Origin: an uncultured Desulfosarcina sp.
GTDB taxonomy: Bacteria; Desulfobacterota; Desulfobacteria; Desulfobacterales; Desulfosarcinaceae
Assembly (NCBI GenBank): GCA_963674945.2
Contig: CAXXWQ010000004.1
Location: 1,440,001-1,504,000 of the forward strand
Direction of reading: 5' to 3'
Length of the DNA: 64,000 nucleotides
Within the stretch, counting starts at the first letter, position 1, and every line of letters begins with the position of its first letter. The notes beneath the pieces were generated by a model, which saw only the letters and a program-made list of their open reading frames with translations, did no database searches and was not told where the DNA came from. Position numbers and translations under genes: made by a program. Shown here piece after piece: positions 1 through 9,842 of the stretch.

Positions 1-158
1 TTTTTTCTGTCGTCCATGTGGTACCTGCAAGGGCTCGCACCCGGAACCGGAAAAAGGGACTTTTCATATAGACGCCATTTCGCCGGTGTCCGGGGAACAA
101 AAAGGTATTTTGGTGCGCAAAATTTGCCGTTTGCGACAATGAATGGGAGGTCTGTCAC

Positions 159-818
159 ATGGGGCGACAACGCAACATTTTCGTAGTGGAGGACGACACC
201 AACGTTTCCATCGTCCTTTCCGCCAGACTGGAAAGCCTGGGCTATCGCATTTGTGGCACGGCTGAAACGGGACTTGCGGCCGTCCAAGGCGTTCGACGCC
301 ACGACCCGGACATCATCACGATGGATATCCTCCTCAAAGGGAATATGAATGGAATCGAAGCCGCCGCAAATATCGGCGCCTTCTCGGATGTTCCCATCAT
401 CTTTATGACCTGCCTCTCCGACCAGAAAATTTTCGAACGCGCCATAAAAACCAACCCGTATGGGTATATCATCAAACCCTACGACACCAATGAATTGCGA
501 TCCGCCATTGAAATCGCCGCCATTCGGCACGAGGCGAAAAGGGAACGCGAGACATTGATCGCGCGACTGGAAAAGTCTCTTGCGGAGGTAAAAACGTTAC
601 GCGGTCTTTTGCCCATATGTGCTTCCTGTAAAAAAATTCGCAACCAGGAAGAGAATCGCTGGCAACGGATTGAGGATTACATCGCGAGTCGAAGCGAAAT
701 CGATTTCACCCATGGCATCTGTCCTGACTGCTCCAGACGATTGTATCCGAACTTATATGAGAAAACAAAAGAAGTGACAATCACCAATGCTCACTGCGAG
801 GAACAACTCGAAGAGTAA
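159..818 (+). CDS. Response regulator: receiver domain plus C-terminal Cys-rich tail
   Basis: Receiver motifs VVEDD, PDIITMDI and IIKP; tail LPICASCKKIR...FTHGICPDC; GGGAGG RBS upstream. Confidence 0.85.
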   Translation: MGRQRNIFVVEDDTNVSIVLSARLESLGYRICGTAETGLAAVQGVRRHDPDIITMDILLKGNMNGIEAAANIGAFSDVPIIFMTCLSDQKIFERAIKTNPYGYIIKPYDTNELRSAIEIAAIRHEAKRERETLIARLEKSLAEVKTLRGLLPICASCKKIRNQEENRWQRIEDYIASRSEIDFTHGICPDCSRRLYPNLYEKTKEVTITNAHCEEQLEE

Positions 819-834
819 GACGTACCTTCCTTTT

Positions 835-1620
835 TTACTCTGCCGTCAACACCTTTTCTTTCATGCGTTCGATCACCGAAGGCCCCGACAATGTCGCCTC
901 TGTTTCCCCGGTGGCAACGGCCTTGAGTCGCTCGATCCGCGATTTGTCTCTGCTGCTCAGGACTGCATCCCAGCTGTGCAGCGAACCGTGAACCAGGCTG
1001 AAAATCACCAGTGGTCCAAAGGCGATCTCTCCACCAGGCTTTCTCTCCAGCTTTCCATAGATGTCATGGTGATTCAGGGAAAAGACCTTGGGTGCTTCGA
1101 CCAGTTCCAGAAGTTCGGCAAAAAGCAAGAGGCACTCCTGAACCCCCGGAGCATATCCGTTTTCCAAAGAGGCAATCCCTTCCCGGGCAATACCATCGAT
1201 ATCGGCCTCGTTATAATCCAATTTCAATTCGCCGATGCAAATCTCGTGAATGGTTTGCAATGAGGCCTCTTTCTTGCTGATGACAACATCCGTGTCATTG
1301 AGGATTTTCATAGCATTTCTGATACTTATCATCTCTTTCACAGTGGGACTCTTGCGAAGCACCACATCCGCTACGGTGGTATTGTAGATGGTAAGGTCAT
1401 TGTCCAATACCAGTATACGGATCTTTTCCGATTCATCGTTCTCCAGGTACAGCTCCAGGTCCCGCTCTTGCTTTCGAACCCAGGGAAAATAAGCCATCAA
1501 TTGGTTCAGCTTTGCCCTGTCGATGCGTTTGCCACTTTCCACCGGTCCGATGGCTCCGGCGATTTCCCGCACCAGACGGTCAATTTTGATTTTCTCGAGT
1601 AGATTCTCCTTGAATGCCAT
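835..1620 (-). CDS. Hypothetical protein (261 aa)
   Basis: Long ORF with GGAGG RBS and protein-like composition; no family recognised. Confidence 0.75.
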   Translation of the reverse strand: MAFKENLLEKIKIDRLVREIAGAIGPVESGKRIDRAKLNQLMAYFPWVRKQERDLELYLENDESEKIRILVLDNDLTIYNTTVADVVLRKSPTVKEMISIRNAMKILNDTDVVISKKEASLQTIHEICIGELKLDYNEADIDGIAREGIASLENGYAPGVQECLLLFAELLELVEAPKVFSLNHHDIYGKLERKPGGEIAFGPLVIFSLVHGSLHSWDAVLSSRDKSRIERLKAVATGETEATLSGPSVIERMKEKVLTAE

Positions 1621-2048
1621 CTACCGCCTCCTTGCATGGGAAAGGTTCATCCTATGATCGAAAAAGGATAAAATTGTCCCAGTCATCTCGAATTTGCCAT
1701 TTGACATCTGTTTTAAAAGCCTATAGAAATGATGTTTCTGCTCGAAAGGCCCTGCCTCCCTCTTCATGAATAGCCAGTGAACACCATCAGGGCAGCACCT
1801 GCTGCGTGCTGGTTTTTCGATGGTGTGCAAAACAAAAACAGGCTGTTTTCCATGCGATGATGAAAGAACGCCAGACGGGTTTACAGGGACGCGTGTTACC
1901 ATTGGGACGAAAATTCGTATTCTATTACGCAAAAAGGGCCACGACGCAAGACAATTGTTCTTGCATGAAAAAATAAAAAATCCGATCCGGTCCATCGTCG
2001 CACCATTGGAAATCGTTGCGGATATTTGTCGGAAAGAAAGGAGTCGGT

Positions 2049-3332
2049 ATGGAAGAGTACGTCACCCTAACCTATGAAGGAAAGGAGTTTCAGCTACCTC
2101 TGGTCGTGGGAACCGAGGGGGAGAAGGCCATCGATATTTCCAACCTTCGGGAAAAAACAGGTCTGATCACCCTGGACCCCGGCTATGCCAACACCGGAAG
2201 CTGCCTCAGCGCCATCACGTATATGGATGGAGAAAAAGGGATCTTGCGATACCGGGGTATCCCCGTGGAACAACTGGCCGAAAATGCCTCTTTCAAGGAG
2301 ACCGCTTACCTGCTCATCAACGGCAGGCTGCCCAATCGTGAACAACTCACCCGTTTTTCGGTGATGCTCAACGACAACAGTCTGGTACACGAAGATCTCA
2401 GGGCCTTTTATCAGAACTTTCCCCGGGCCTCTCACCCCATGGGCATCCTGTCGGCCATGGTCAATGCCCTGCGCAGCTTCTATCCGGAGTTGGGAACCAT
2501 GGAGGAGGAGATCACCATCACCATGACCCGCCTGTTGGCGAAAGTACGCACCATGGCTGCCATGTCCTACAAGATTTCCCGGGGTCACAAAGTGGTCTAT
2601 CCACGACCGGACATGACCTATTGTGAAAACTTCCTGAACATGATGTTCGATACTCCCGTAAAACCCTACGAAATGAATCGGGCGGTGGTCAACGCCCTGC
2701 GGGTCTTCTGGATACTGCATGCCGACCATGAACAGAATTGTTCCACTGCTACCGTTCGCGTTGTGGGCAGCGCCCGTGTCAACCTCTATGCGGCCATTTC
2801 TTCGGGGATTTCGGCGCTGTGGGGGCCGTTACACGGCGGGGCCAACCAGGCGGTCATCGAGATGTTGAGCAACATTCAAGCAGATGGGGGAAATTACAAG
2901 AAGGCCATCGAACGGGCCAAGGACAAAAGTGATCCTTTCCGCCTCATGGGATTCGGACACAGGGTCTACAAAACTTACGACCCCCGAGAAAAAATCATGA
3001 AAAAAACGTGTGACATATTGCTGGAATCATTGAAAATTTCCGACCCCTTGCTGGACATCGCCAAAGAGCTTGAAGAGGTGGCGGTCAAGGACCCCTATTT
3101 CTTGGACCACAACCTATATCCCAATATTGATTTTTACAGTGGAATCGTGTTGCGGGCCATTGGCATTCCCACCAACATGTTCACGGTCATGTTCGCCATC
3201 GGCAGGCTCCCCGGGTGGATCTCCCAGTGGAAAGAAAGCATGGACGACCCAAAATGGAAGATCAGCCGGCCCCGGCAGGTTTACGTTGGGGAAAAGGAGT
3301 ACGATTTCATCCCCATCCATGCGCGTCCCTAA
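2049..3332 (+). CDS. gltA: Citrate synthase (Si type)
   Basis: HADHEQNCST, GPLHGGANQ, LMGFGHRVYK and YPNIDFYSG motifs; ATG at 2049 after AAGGAG. Confidence 0.97.
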   Translation: MEEYVTLTYEGKEFQLPLVVGTEGEKAIDISNLREKTGLITLDPGYANTGSCLSAITYMDGEKGILRYRGIPVEQLAENASFKETAYLLINGRLPNREQLTRFSVMLNDNSLVHEDLRAFYQNFPRASHPMGILSAMVNALRSFYPELGTMEEEITITMTRLLAKVRTMAAMSYKISRGHKVVYPRPDMTYCENFLNMMFDTPVKPYEMNRAVVNALRVFWILHADHEQNCSTATVRVVGSARVNLYAAISSGISALWGPLHGGANQAVIEMLSNIQADGGNYKKAIERAKDKSDPFRLMGFGHRVYKTYDPREKIMKKTCDILLESLKISDPLLDIAKELEEVAVKDPYFLDHNLYPNIDFYSGIVLRAIGIPTNMFTVMFAIGRLPGWISQWKESMDDPKWKISRPRQVYVGEKEYDFIPIHARP

Positions 3333-3522
3333 ACGGAGTTAAAATCATTTTCGCGAAGAACACGTTGCAGGCGTAGAATTCATTTTGTTTTGACAGGCCG
3401 ACCGGCCTTCACATACACTGATAGCAAATCGCCGATCACAAGGATCGGTGACTTGCGTAACCATGAAAAGCAGGCATTTTTGTCGTTACGTTCACCTCCC
3501 ACTCTTCAGATAAGGTGGCGCC

Positions 3523-3984
3523 ATGCTGGTAAAAGAGATCATGACCCAAACACCCATCGTCGTTTCTCCGAATATGGAGGTCGTAAAGGCCGCCAAGCTT
3601 TTATTGGATCATCGGATCAATGGCCTGCCTGTCGTGGACGAACATGGCACGCTCGTGGGGATCCTTTGCCAAAGCGACATCATTGCCCAGCAGAAAAAAC
3701 TTCCCGTACCCTCCTTCTTCTCTTTTTTGGATGGAATTATCCCGCTTCGCTCCATGAAAGGCCTGGAAAAGGAGGTCAGCAAGATTGCCGCCGCCTATGT
3801 TTCGGAGGCAATGACACCCAACCCCATCACCGTGGGGCCGGAGTCAACCATCGAAACAGTGGCAGAGTTGATGGTGGACCACAACTTACACACCCTGCCC
3901 GTCGTGGAAAACGATGTGCTGGTGGGAGTTGTGGGAAAAGAGGATATCCTGCGGACATTGTTGCCCGCGGACCGGAAACGATGA
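3523..3984 (+). CDS. CBS-domain protein
   Basis: Two CBS repeats (VKEIMT...GLPVVD...VGI; AMTPNPITV...LPVVEN..LVGVV). Confidence 0.9.
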   Translation: MLVKEIMTQTPIVVSPNMEVVKAAKLLLDHRINGLPVVDEHGTLVGILCQSDIIAQQKKLPVPSFFSFLDGIIPLRSMKGLEKEVSKIAAAYVSEAMTPNPITVGPESTIETVAELMVDHNLHTLPVVENDVLVGVVGKEDILRTLLPADRKR

Positions 3985-3997
3985 AAGGAGGCACACC

Positions 3998-4438
3998 ATG
4001 GGAATCCATCAAATCGTATGCTGTACGGATTTTTCCAATCATGCCGAGGGGGCCTTTCAGTCGGCCCTCGATCTTGCCCAACGATATGGCGCAAAGCTGT
4101 ACGTCATCCATGTATTGCCTCCCGTGGTCAATCCCATGCTGGCTGATGTGGATCTATTGCATACCAATGATCCGGATGAAAATCTCGTGGTTCGACTGAA
4201 TGAAAAGATGCAGGATGTCTATGGCAACCGAATTCCCGATTCTGTAAAAAGTGAGCTGATCGTCCGGGACGGACACGTATCCACGGAAATCATCCGTTTC
4301 ATCGAAGAGATCGATGCCGACCTGGCCGTGGTGGGTGCTTTTGGTTTGAGCGGTATGGGGCTGGTACTGTTCGGCAGCGTGGCCAAACGCATCTCCCACA
4401 AGGCCCCCTGCTCGGTGATGATCGTCCGGGAAAAGTAA
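3998..4438 (+). CDS. Universal stress protein (UspA family)
   Basis: IVCCTDFS N-terminus and LFGSVAKRISHKAPCSVMIVR C-terminus; AAGGAGG RBS. Confidence 0.92.
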   Translation: MGIHQIVCCTDFSNHAEGAFQSALDLAQRYGAKLYVIHVLPPVVNPMLADVDLLHTNDPDENLVVRLNEKMQDVYGNRIPDSVKSELIVRDGHVSTEIIRFIEEIDADLAVVGAFGLSGMGLVLFGSVAKRISHKAPCSVMIVREK

Positions 4439-4492
4439 ACCGGTTCCGGACATCGTTGCCAGCGGCGGAGGGACGTTCTTTTGGCCTCCATC

Positions 4493-6232
4493 ATGAAAAT
4501 ACTACTCGTTTATCCCTATTTCCTCGACAACCGCATGGATGAAGCGGATATCAGCGCGGTTCCCATGGGTCTGTTCCACGTGGGTGCGATGCTACGGGCA
4601 AACGGATACGCGGTGGACATCCTCAACGTCTACAATTTAGGCCGCGCACCCCACAAAATCTACCAGGTGCTGAGCGATGTGAATCCAGACGTGGTGGGCT
4701 TTTCCATCTTACACGCCAACCGTTGGGGCGGCATCGATATCGCCCGAATGGTCAAGAAGATCAACGAAAATGCCATCGTCGTGTTTGGCGGCGTGGGCGC
4801 CACTTTTCTCTGGGAACATTTTTTGACCCACTTTCCCCAGGTCGACTTCGTGGTTCGGGGTGAAGGGGAACACAGCTTTCTGGAGTTGGTCCGCTTCTTG
4901 GAGAAGAAAGAGGGCGATCTGCCCGAGAACATCCGTGGATTGGCGTTTCGCAGATCAAACAAGCCATGTAAAACAGAGGATCGAGAGCCCGTAGCGGACC
5001 TGGACACCCTTCCCATGCCCGCCGAATATTTCACCTTTCAACACCTCTCCATTACCAGGGGGTGCCCGGAAAATTGTACCTTTTGCGGATCTCCGGAATT
5101 CTGGCAACGCAGGGTGCGTTTTCACAGCGCCGACTATTTCGTAGATCAGATCGCACACCTTCACGCCAGAGGCGTACGCTTTTTCTTCGTTTCCGACGAC
5201 ACCTTTACCCTCAAACGAAAACTGGTGTTGGACGTTTGCCGCCAGATCATCCAGCGCCGCCTCGACATTAACTGGGTGGCCATATCCCGGGTGGACTGCG
5301 TGGATGAAGAGATGCTCAGATGGATGCGCCGCGCCGGATGCACTCAGGTCAGTTACGGGGTGGAAAGCGGTAGCCGGAAAATCAGGAATCTACTGCAAAA
5401 GCGGATCAGTGAAGCGGACATCTGCCGCGCCTTCGATATGACCGCAAAAACCGGCATCATGGCCAGGGCGTATTTTATCTATGGTGCGCCGGGCGAGTCG
5501 GATCAAACCATCCAGGAAAGCCTCTCTTTGATGGAACGAATCCGCCCCCTGTCCGCAATTTTTTACATATTGGATCTGTTTCCCGGAACGGCCCTTTATG
5601 AGGAATACAAAAAAAAGACAGGCATCACCGATGACATCTGGTTGAAGCGCATCGAAGACATCCTCTATTTCGAAACGGATGCGTCACTTTCCAAAGAGCA
5701 GGTTCTCGACTTTGGACGACGGCTTCGGGAAGGGTATTTTTCAAGACTGCCGGAATTCGTCGATGGGCTGGAACTCACCGATGACCCGGAACTCTATCCG
5801 CTGCACGCCGATTTTCTGTCGCGGCTGGGATTGACCTTCAGTCACGGGGACTATGCTACGAATCCGCTCATCGAGAACAGCCTGGAAACGGCTATCAGAC
5901 TATTCAAACGTTCACTCGAATACCACCCTGACCACAGGGCCTTCTGGGGATTGGGTATCGTCTACCAACACCTGCGCCGCGTAGAAGAATCGGTGGATAT
6001 CCTGGAGCAGGGCATCGACCACCACGAAACCAGTGCGGACCTGCATCTGGCCCTGGCCAACAGCCTGATGCGGCTGGGACGTTACCAACAAGCCCGTCAG
6101 GCCTTAAGACGTTTTCCCCATCATCCCCAGGCCGTCGAGCAGATCATTCGATGCTGCCGATTCATGGGAGACCGAGATGGAGAAAAGAAATGGCGGGATC
6201 AACAAAAAGTGTCACACCGCACTTCTATGTAG
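4493..6232 (+). CDS. B12-binding radical SAM protein with C-terminal TPR-like repeats
   Basis: N-terminal cobalamin-binding region (PMGL..VGA, VVRGEGE); RGCPENCTFC (CxxxCxxC); GVESGS; helical TPR-like tail. Confidence 0.88.
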   Translation: MKILLVYPYFLDNRMDEADISAVPMGLFHVGAMLRANGYAVDILNVYNLGRAPHKIYQVLSDVNPDVVGFSILHANRWGGIDIARMVKKINENAIVVFGGVGATFLWEHFLTHFPQVDFVVRGEGEHSFLELVRFLEKKEGDLPENIRGLAFRRSNKPCKTEDREPVADLDTLPMPAEYFTFQHLSITRGCPENCTFCGSPEFWQRRVRFHSADYFVDQIAHLHARGVRFFFVSDDTFTLKRKLVLDVCRQIIQRRLDINWVAISRVDCVDEEMLRWMRRAGCTQVSYGVESGSRKIRNLLQKRISEADICRAFDMTAKTGIMARAYFIYGAPGESDQTIQESLSLMERIRPLSAIFYILDLFPGTALYEEYKKKTGITDDIWLKRIEDILYFETDASLSKEQVLDFGRRLREGYFSRLPEFVDGLELTDDPELYPLHADFLSRLGLTFSHGDYATNPLIENSLETAIRLFKRSLEYHPDHRAFWGLGIVYQHLRRVEESVDILEQGIDHHETSADLHLALANSLMRLGRYQQARQALRRFPHHPQAVEQIIRCCRFMGDRDGEKKWRDQQKVSHRTSM

Positions 6233-6424
6233 TGTTCTTCCAGAAACAGGAAAATTGGGTCGAGATCGAGGCTTGCGACCAATTTTATCTCGGGTTTTAC
6301 CGGAGACGCCCCGAAGGAAGTGCCCCTTGGGGTGCATATGGTTGATATTTCGAGGATAAAATTTTTTGCATAACACAGATATCGACCAAAGCCAAAATTG
6401 GCTTGGCCATTTCTGGACTGGTAC

Positions 6425-6673
6425 TTAGGCCTTGCCGCAGCAGCTCCCCGGCCCGGCACAACCGGCATGCCCCGGTGTGGCGCCGCAGCATGCCGTGTCC
6501 CCCGGGCCGGGCATGGCAGATGAAGGAGACCCCGACAAGGATGAATGGGCGGACAGCATCTTTTTCACGTTACTGCCACCGCATTTTTCACATGAGACCG
6601 TCGTATCCTCGGAGAAAACGATCACTTCGGATACATGACCGCAGTCGGCACACAAGAAGTCGAAAAGCGGCAT
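6425..6673 (-). CDS. FmdB-family zinc-ribbon protein
   Basis: MPLFDFLCADCG...CEKCGG..VKKMLS followed by a Cys/Gly-rich tail; GGAGG RBS. Confidence 0.85.
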   Translation of the reverse strand: MPLFDFLCADCGHVSEVIVFSEDTTVSCEKCGGSNVKKMLSAHSSLSGSPSSAMPGPGDTACCGATPGHAGCAGPGSCCGKA

Positions 6674-6689
6674 CACATCCTCCCACGAA

Positions 6690-7076
6690 TTAATGGTTGC
6701 ATCCACCAATCTGAACACCGTGGTGGTGGCCACAAATATGGCCAGGTTCAAACTCCGGCAATTTTCCCGATTGTATCAATTGTGCATTTTCTTCTACGGT
6801 CCCCGCGACCGCGCGATAAACGGTAATCCCCGCTTCCTTGAGCCTTTTCAGGGCGCCGCCGCCGATTCCACCAACCACGACGCCGTCCACTTGTTGTCCT
6901 TGTAACGCCCCCAGGGGATTACAGGCACCGTGCCGATGATCCTTGTCCGGATTTTCGTAGACCTCTATCGCATCGGTATCCAAATCCATGAAAACAAAGT
7001 ACGGCGCGGATCCGAAATGGCCATAAACATCACTTTTCCTGCCCTTGTCCTCGACGATGGGAAATGCGATTTTCAT
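6690..7076 (-). CDS. NifB/NifX-family (dinitrogenase FeMo-cofactor-binding-like) protein
   Basis: MKIAFP, GHFGSAPYF and VVVGGIGGGA motifs; His-rich C-terminus. Confidence 0.88.
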   Translation of the reverse strand: MKIAFPIVEDKGRKSDVYGHFGSAPYFVFMDLDTDAIEVYENPDKDHRHGACNPLGALQGQQVDGVVVGGIGGGALKRLKEAGITVYRAVAGTVEENAQLIQSGKLPEFEPGHICGHHHGVQIGGCNH

Positions 7077-7536
7077 TTTGTTTGCCCTTTCTCATGCAAA
7101 ACTAACCAATGCCTGGCATGTGGTTATCGTCAGATAATGGTGAATGCACGAAAGTGAGCGAAATCGCCGATCATTTCCCCCACGTTGAGGTGCATGGTGA
7201 TTTGAATTCATATCGTAAAAAAAGATCTGTTTCAAGAATCTATCCCGTCTGAACAGGGCAATGGGAACCGTCGGCCGTTTCCGGCAAAAATCGAAGATAT
7301 GGTTGCTTCGACATTATCCACATGCTATATGTAGTGCACTTGTCTAAAATCGGCTCTTATTTCGTATCAAGGTCAAATGCCCCTGACGCACTTCTCCACC
7401 ATTTTGTCCTTCCAATGCGGGATCGTCCCTGCCGCAACGTTCGACAATCACGGTTCGCGTTTTGTATCGGCACACTCTTGTCCGTGCTGCAAGCAGATCG
7501 TTCACAGGATAAACCCAAAGATCTTCAGGAGGCGCC

Positions 7537-8883
7537 ATGATTTCCACTTCGGCAAGTAAGCAAAAAATCTTTGTATTGGATACCAATGTGATCCTGCACG
7601 ACAGTACGTGTATCGAACAATTCCATGAGCATGACATCGTTATTCCCATACCCGTCATCGAGGAGTTGGATCGGTTCAAGAAGGGAAAAGAGATTTTAAA
7701 CTGCAACGCCAGAGAATTTGCCAGGGCATTGGACGAATTGACCGGTGATCGTATTTTCAATGGCGGAATACCCATCGGCCCTGGAAAGGGAAAGATCAGC
7801 GTCTGTTTGGATCGGGAATTTCACGATAAACTCAAAACGAACTTTTCACCCGGCAAACCGGACCATCATATCCTCAACGCCGTCTATCATATCGCCTGCG
7901 AAAAAGGTTTCGACCGTGTCTTTCTGGTAACCAAAGATGTGAACTTACGCATGAAAGCCAAATCCATCGGTCTGATGGCACAAGATTACAGCACGGATCG
8001 GGTCCAGGCACCGGCGGATCTGTATAAAGGGACCCGTCTGGTGAATGACCTTCCCGCCGCCGTCATCAACCAGTTGTACAGCAAACCGTTTGAACTGGCC
8101 GCCGCCGCCATCGAGGTCGACACACCGCTTTTCGCAAACGAATATCTTGTAATGAAAAACGGCAGCACCAGCGCTTTGGGGACCTATCTTCCCCAGACCC
8201 AGACGATTCGTCGAATCGACACCCAGACCTGCTTCGGCATCCGGCCCAGGAATGCAGAGCAGTGTTTTGCCATGGACGCATTGATCAACCGCGACATCCC
8301 CCTGGTCACCATCACGGGGAAAGCGGGAACCGGGAAGACGCTGCTGGCCCTTGCCGCAGCACTAGAGAAACGACGTTATTATCGGCAGATCTTCATCGCC
8401 CGGCCGTCGGTTCCCTTGAGCAACAAGGACATCGGATACCTGCCCGGGGACATCCAGTCCAAACTCGACCCGTATATGCAACCATTGTACGACAACCTCT
8501 CGGTGATCGAAAGCTGTCAGAACACCAGGAATGGCAATGGCTCCCCGCGTCGGGTGAAAGACCTTCTCGATGAAGAAAAAATCGTCATCACACCGCTGTC
8601 CTACATCCGCGGCCGAAGCATCGTGAAGGTCTTTTTCATTGTGGACGAGGCCCAGAACCTCACGCCCCACGAGGTAAAAACAATCATCACCCGGGCCGGC
8701 GAAGGGACCAAGATCGTCTTCACCGGCGATATTTATCAGATCGACCATCCCTACCTGGACAGCCGGAGCAATGGACTCAGCTATCTCATCGAAAAAATGA
8801 AAGGACAACACCTGTACACCCACATCAATCTGGAAAAAGGGGAACGGAGCGAGCTTTCCGACCTGGCCATCAGCCTATTGTAA
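7537..8883 (+). CDS. phoH: PhoH-family ATPase with N-terminal PIN domain (PhoH2 type)
   Basis: FVLDTNVILHD (PIN); GKAGTGKT Walker A; YIRGRS; IVDEAQN; TGDIYQID. Confidence 0.92.
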   Translation: MISTSASKQKIFVLDTNVILHDSTCIEQFHEHDIVIPIPVIEELDRFKKGKEILNCNAREFARALDELTGDRIFNGGIPIGPGKGKISVCLDREFHDKLKTNFSPGKPDHHILNAVYHIACEKGFDRVFLVTKDVNLRMKAKSIGLMAQDYSTDRVQAPADLYKGTRLVNDLPAAVINQLYSKPFELAAAAIEVDTPLFANEYLVMKNGSTSALGTYLPQTQTIRRIDTQTCFGIRPRNAEQCFAMDALINRDIPLVTITGKAGTGKTLLALAAALEKRRYYRQIFIARPSVPLSNKDIGYLPGDIQSKLDPYMQPLYDNLSVIESCQNTRNGNGSPRRVKDLLDEEKIVITPLSYIRGRSIVKVFFIVDEAQNLTPHEVKTIITRAGEGTKIVFTGDIYQIDHPYLDSRSNGLSYLIEKMKGQHLYTHINLEKGERSELSDLAISLL

Positions 8884-8938
8884 GAGGTTCGTTTATGACG
8901 CCGGGTGTTGACTATGTTCTTCGGGGCTGGTACTTGAG

Positions 8939-8951
8939 GATAATCATTATC
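8939..8951. promoter_or_regulatory. Fur-box-like operator upstream of the fur/perR-family gene
   Basis: Palindrome GATAAT-C-ATTATC, 17 bp before the ATG; TTGACT -35-like hexamer at 8908. Confidence 0.7.
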
Positions 8952-8968
8952 AAAAACGGACGAGAACC

Positions 8969-9409
8969 ATGGCAAACCCTGAAATGCGATTACAAAGCAT
9001 GGTGGACACCCTGCGGAAACACAAATACCGGATCACGCCCCAGCGACTGGCCATCTTGAAAGTGCTTGCAAAAAGTGAGGGGCATCCGAGCGTCGAATCC
9101 ATCTATGCCCAGGTCAAGCCCGCATTTCCCACGACAAGCCTTGCCACCATTTACAAAAACATTGCCGTTCTAAAGGAGCTGGATCAGGTCCTTGAACTGG
9201 GGTTTAGCGACGACAGCAACCGGTACGACGGCAATAAGCCATTCGATCATCCCCATGTGGTTTGCACCATCTGCAAGAAGATCCTCGATCCCGATATCTC
9301 GAAACTTTCGGACATGACACAGGAACTGACGCGTCAGACCGGATTCACCATCACCCGCCATCGCCTCGATTTTTTCGGCATCTGTCCGGATTGCCAGGCC
9401 CGGCGGTGA
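8969..9409 (+). CDS. Fur-family transcriptional regulator (PerR-like)
   Basis: RITPQRLAIL, HPSVESIY, SLATIYK, HPHVVCTIC and FFGICPDC motifs. Confidence 0.92.
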   Translation: MANPEMRLQSMVDTLRKHKYRITPQRLAILKVLAKSEGHPSVESIYAQVKPAFPTTSLATIYKNIAVLKELDQVLELGFSDDSNRYDGNKPFDHPHVVCTICKKILDPDISKLSDMTQELTRQTGFTITRHRLDFFGICPDCQARR

Positions 9410-9416
9410 TCCTTTT

Positions 9417-9842
9417 TCATTTGGGCGGAAAGGGCTCCTTGGCCGAACCGAAACCGATGATGGCGCCCTGCTCATCCAATGCCAACACCATAAATTCGTA
9501 GGTGTTCCTGCCTTCCGTGGGACAGGGACCATTGTAACCGATGTCCAGTGCCTTGGGCGGAATGCGTCCCGATCCGTCGTTTTCGATCTTCCCACCGCCG
9601 TGGTTTTCTTCCGGGATGCTCAGGTTGGTGAGACGGATCGTAAGCCATTTGGTTCCCTCGGGAATGTTGGATACCCGGATTTCCGGAGAGTCGTGGATAC
9701 AGGGGGCGATCCCCTGCCAGGAGAAGGAGACATCCATTTTCACGGCATCCTCGGGGATGTCGATCTTATTTGGATTTCCGGCACAACCAAATGAGACAGA
9801 AAGAAATAATAAAACACCGATCACGGCCTGCCAATTTGTCAT
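9417..9842 (-). CDS. YbhB/YbcL (PEBP-like) lipoprotein
   Basis: Lipobox SFGC; SPEIRVSNIPEGTK; YNGPCP..G.NTYEFMVLALD. Confidence 0.8.
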   Translation of the reverse strand: MTNWQAVIGVLLFLSVSFGCAGNPNKIDIPEDAVKMDVSFSWQGIAPCIHDSPEIRVSNIPEGTKWLTIRLTNLSIPEENHGGGKIENDGSGRIPPKALDIGYNGPCPTEGRNTYEFMVLALDEQGAIIGFGSAKEPFPPK

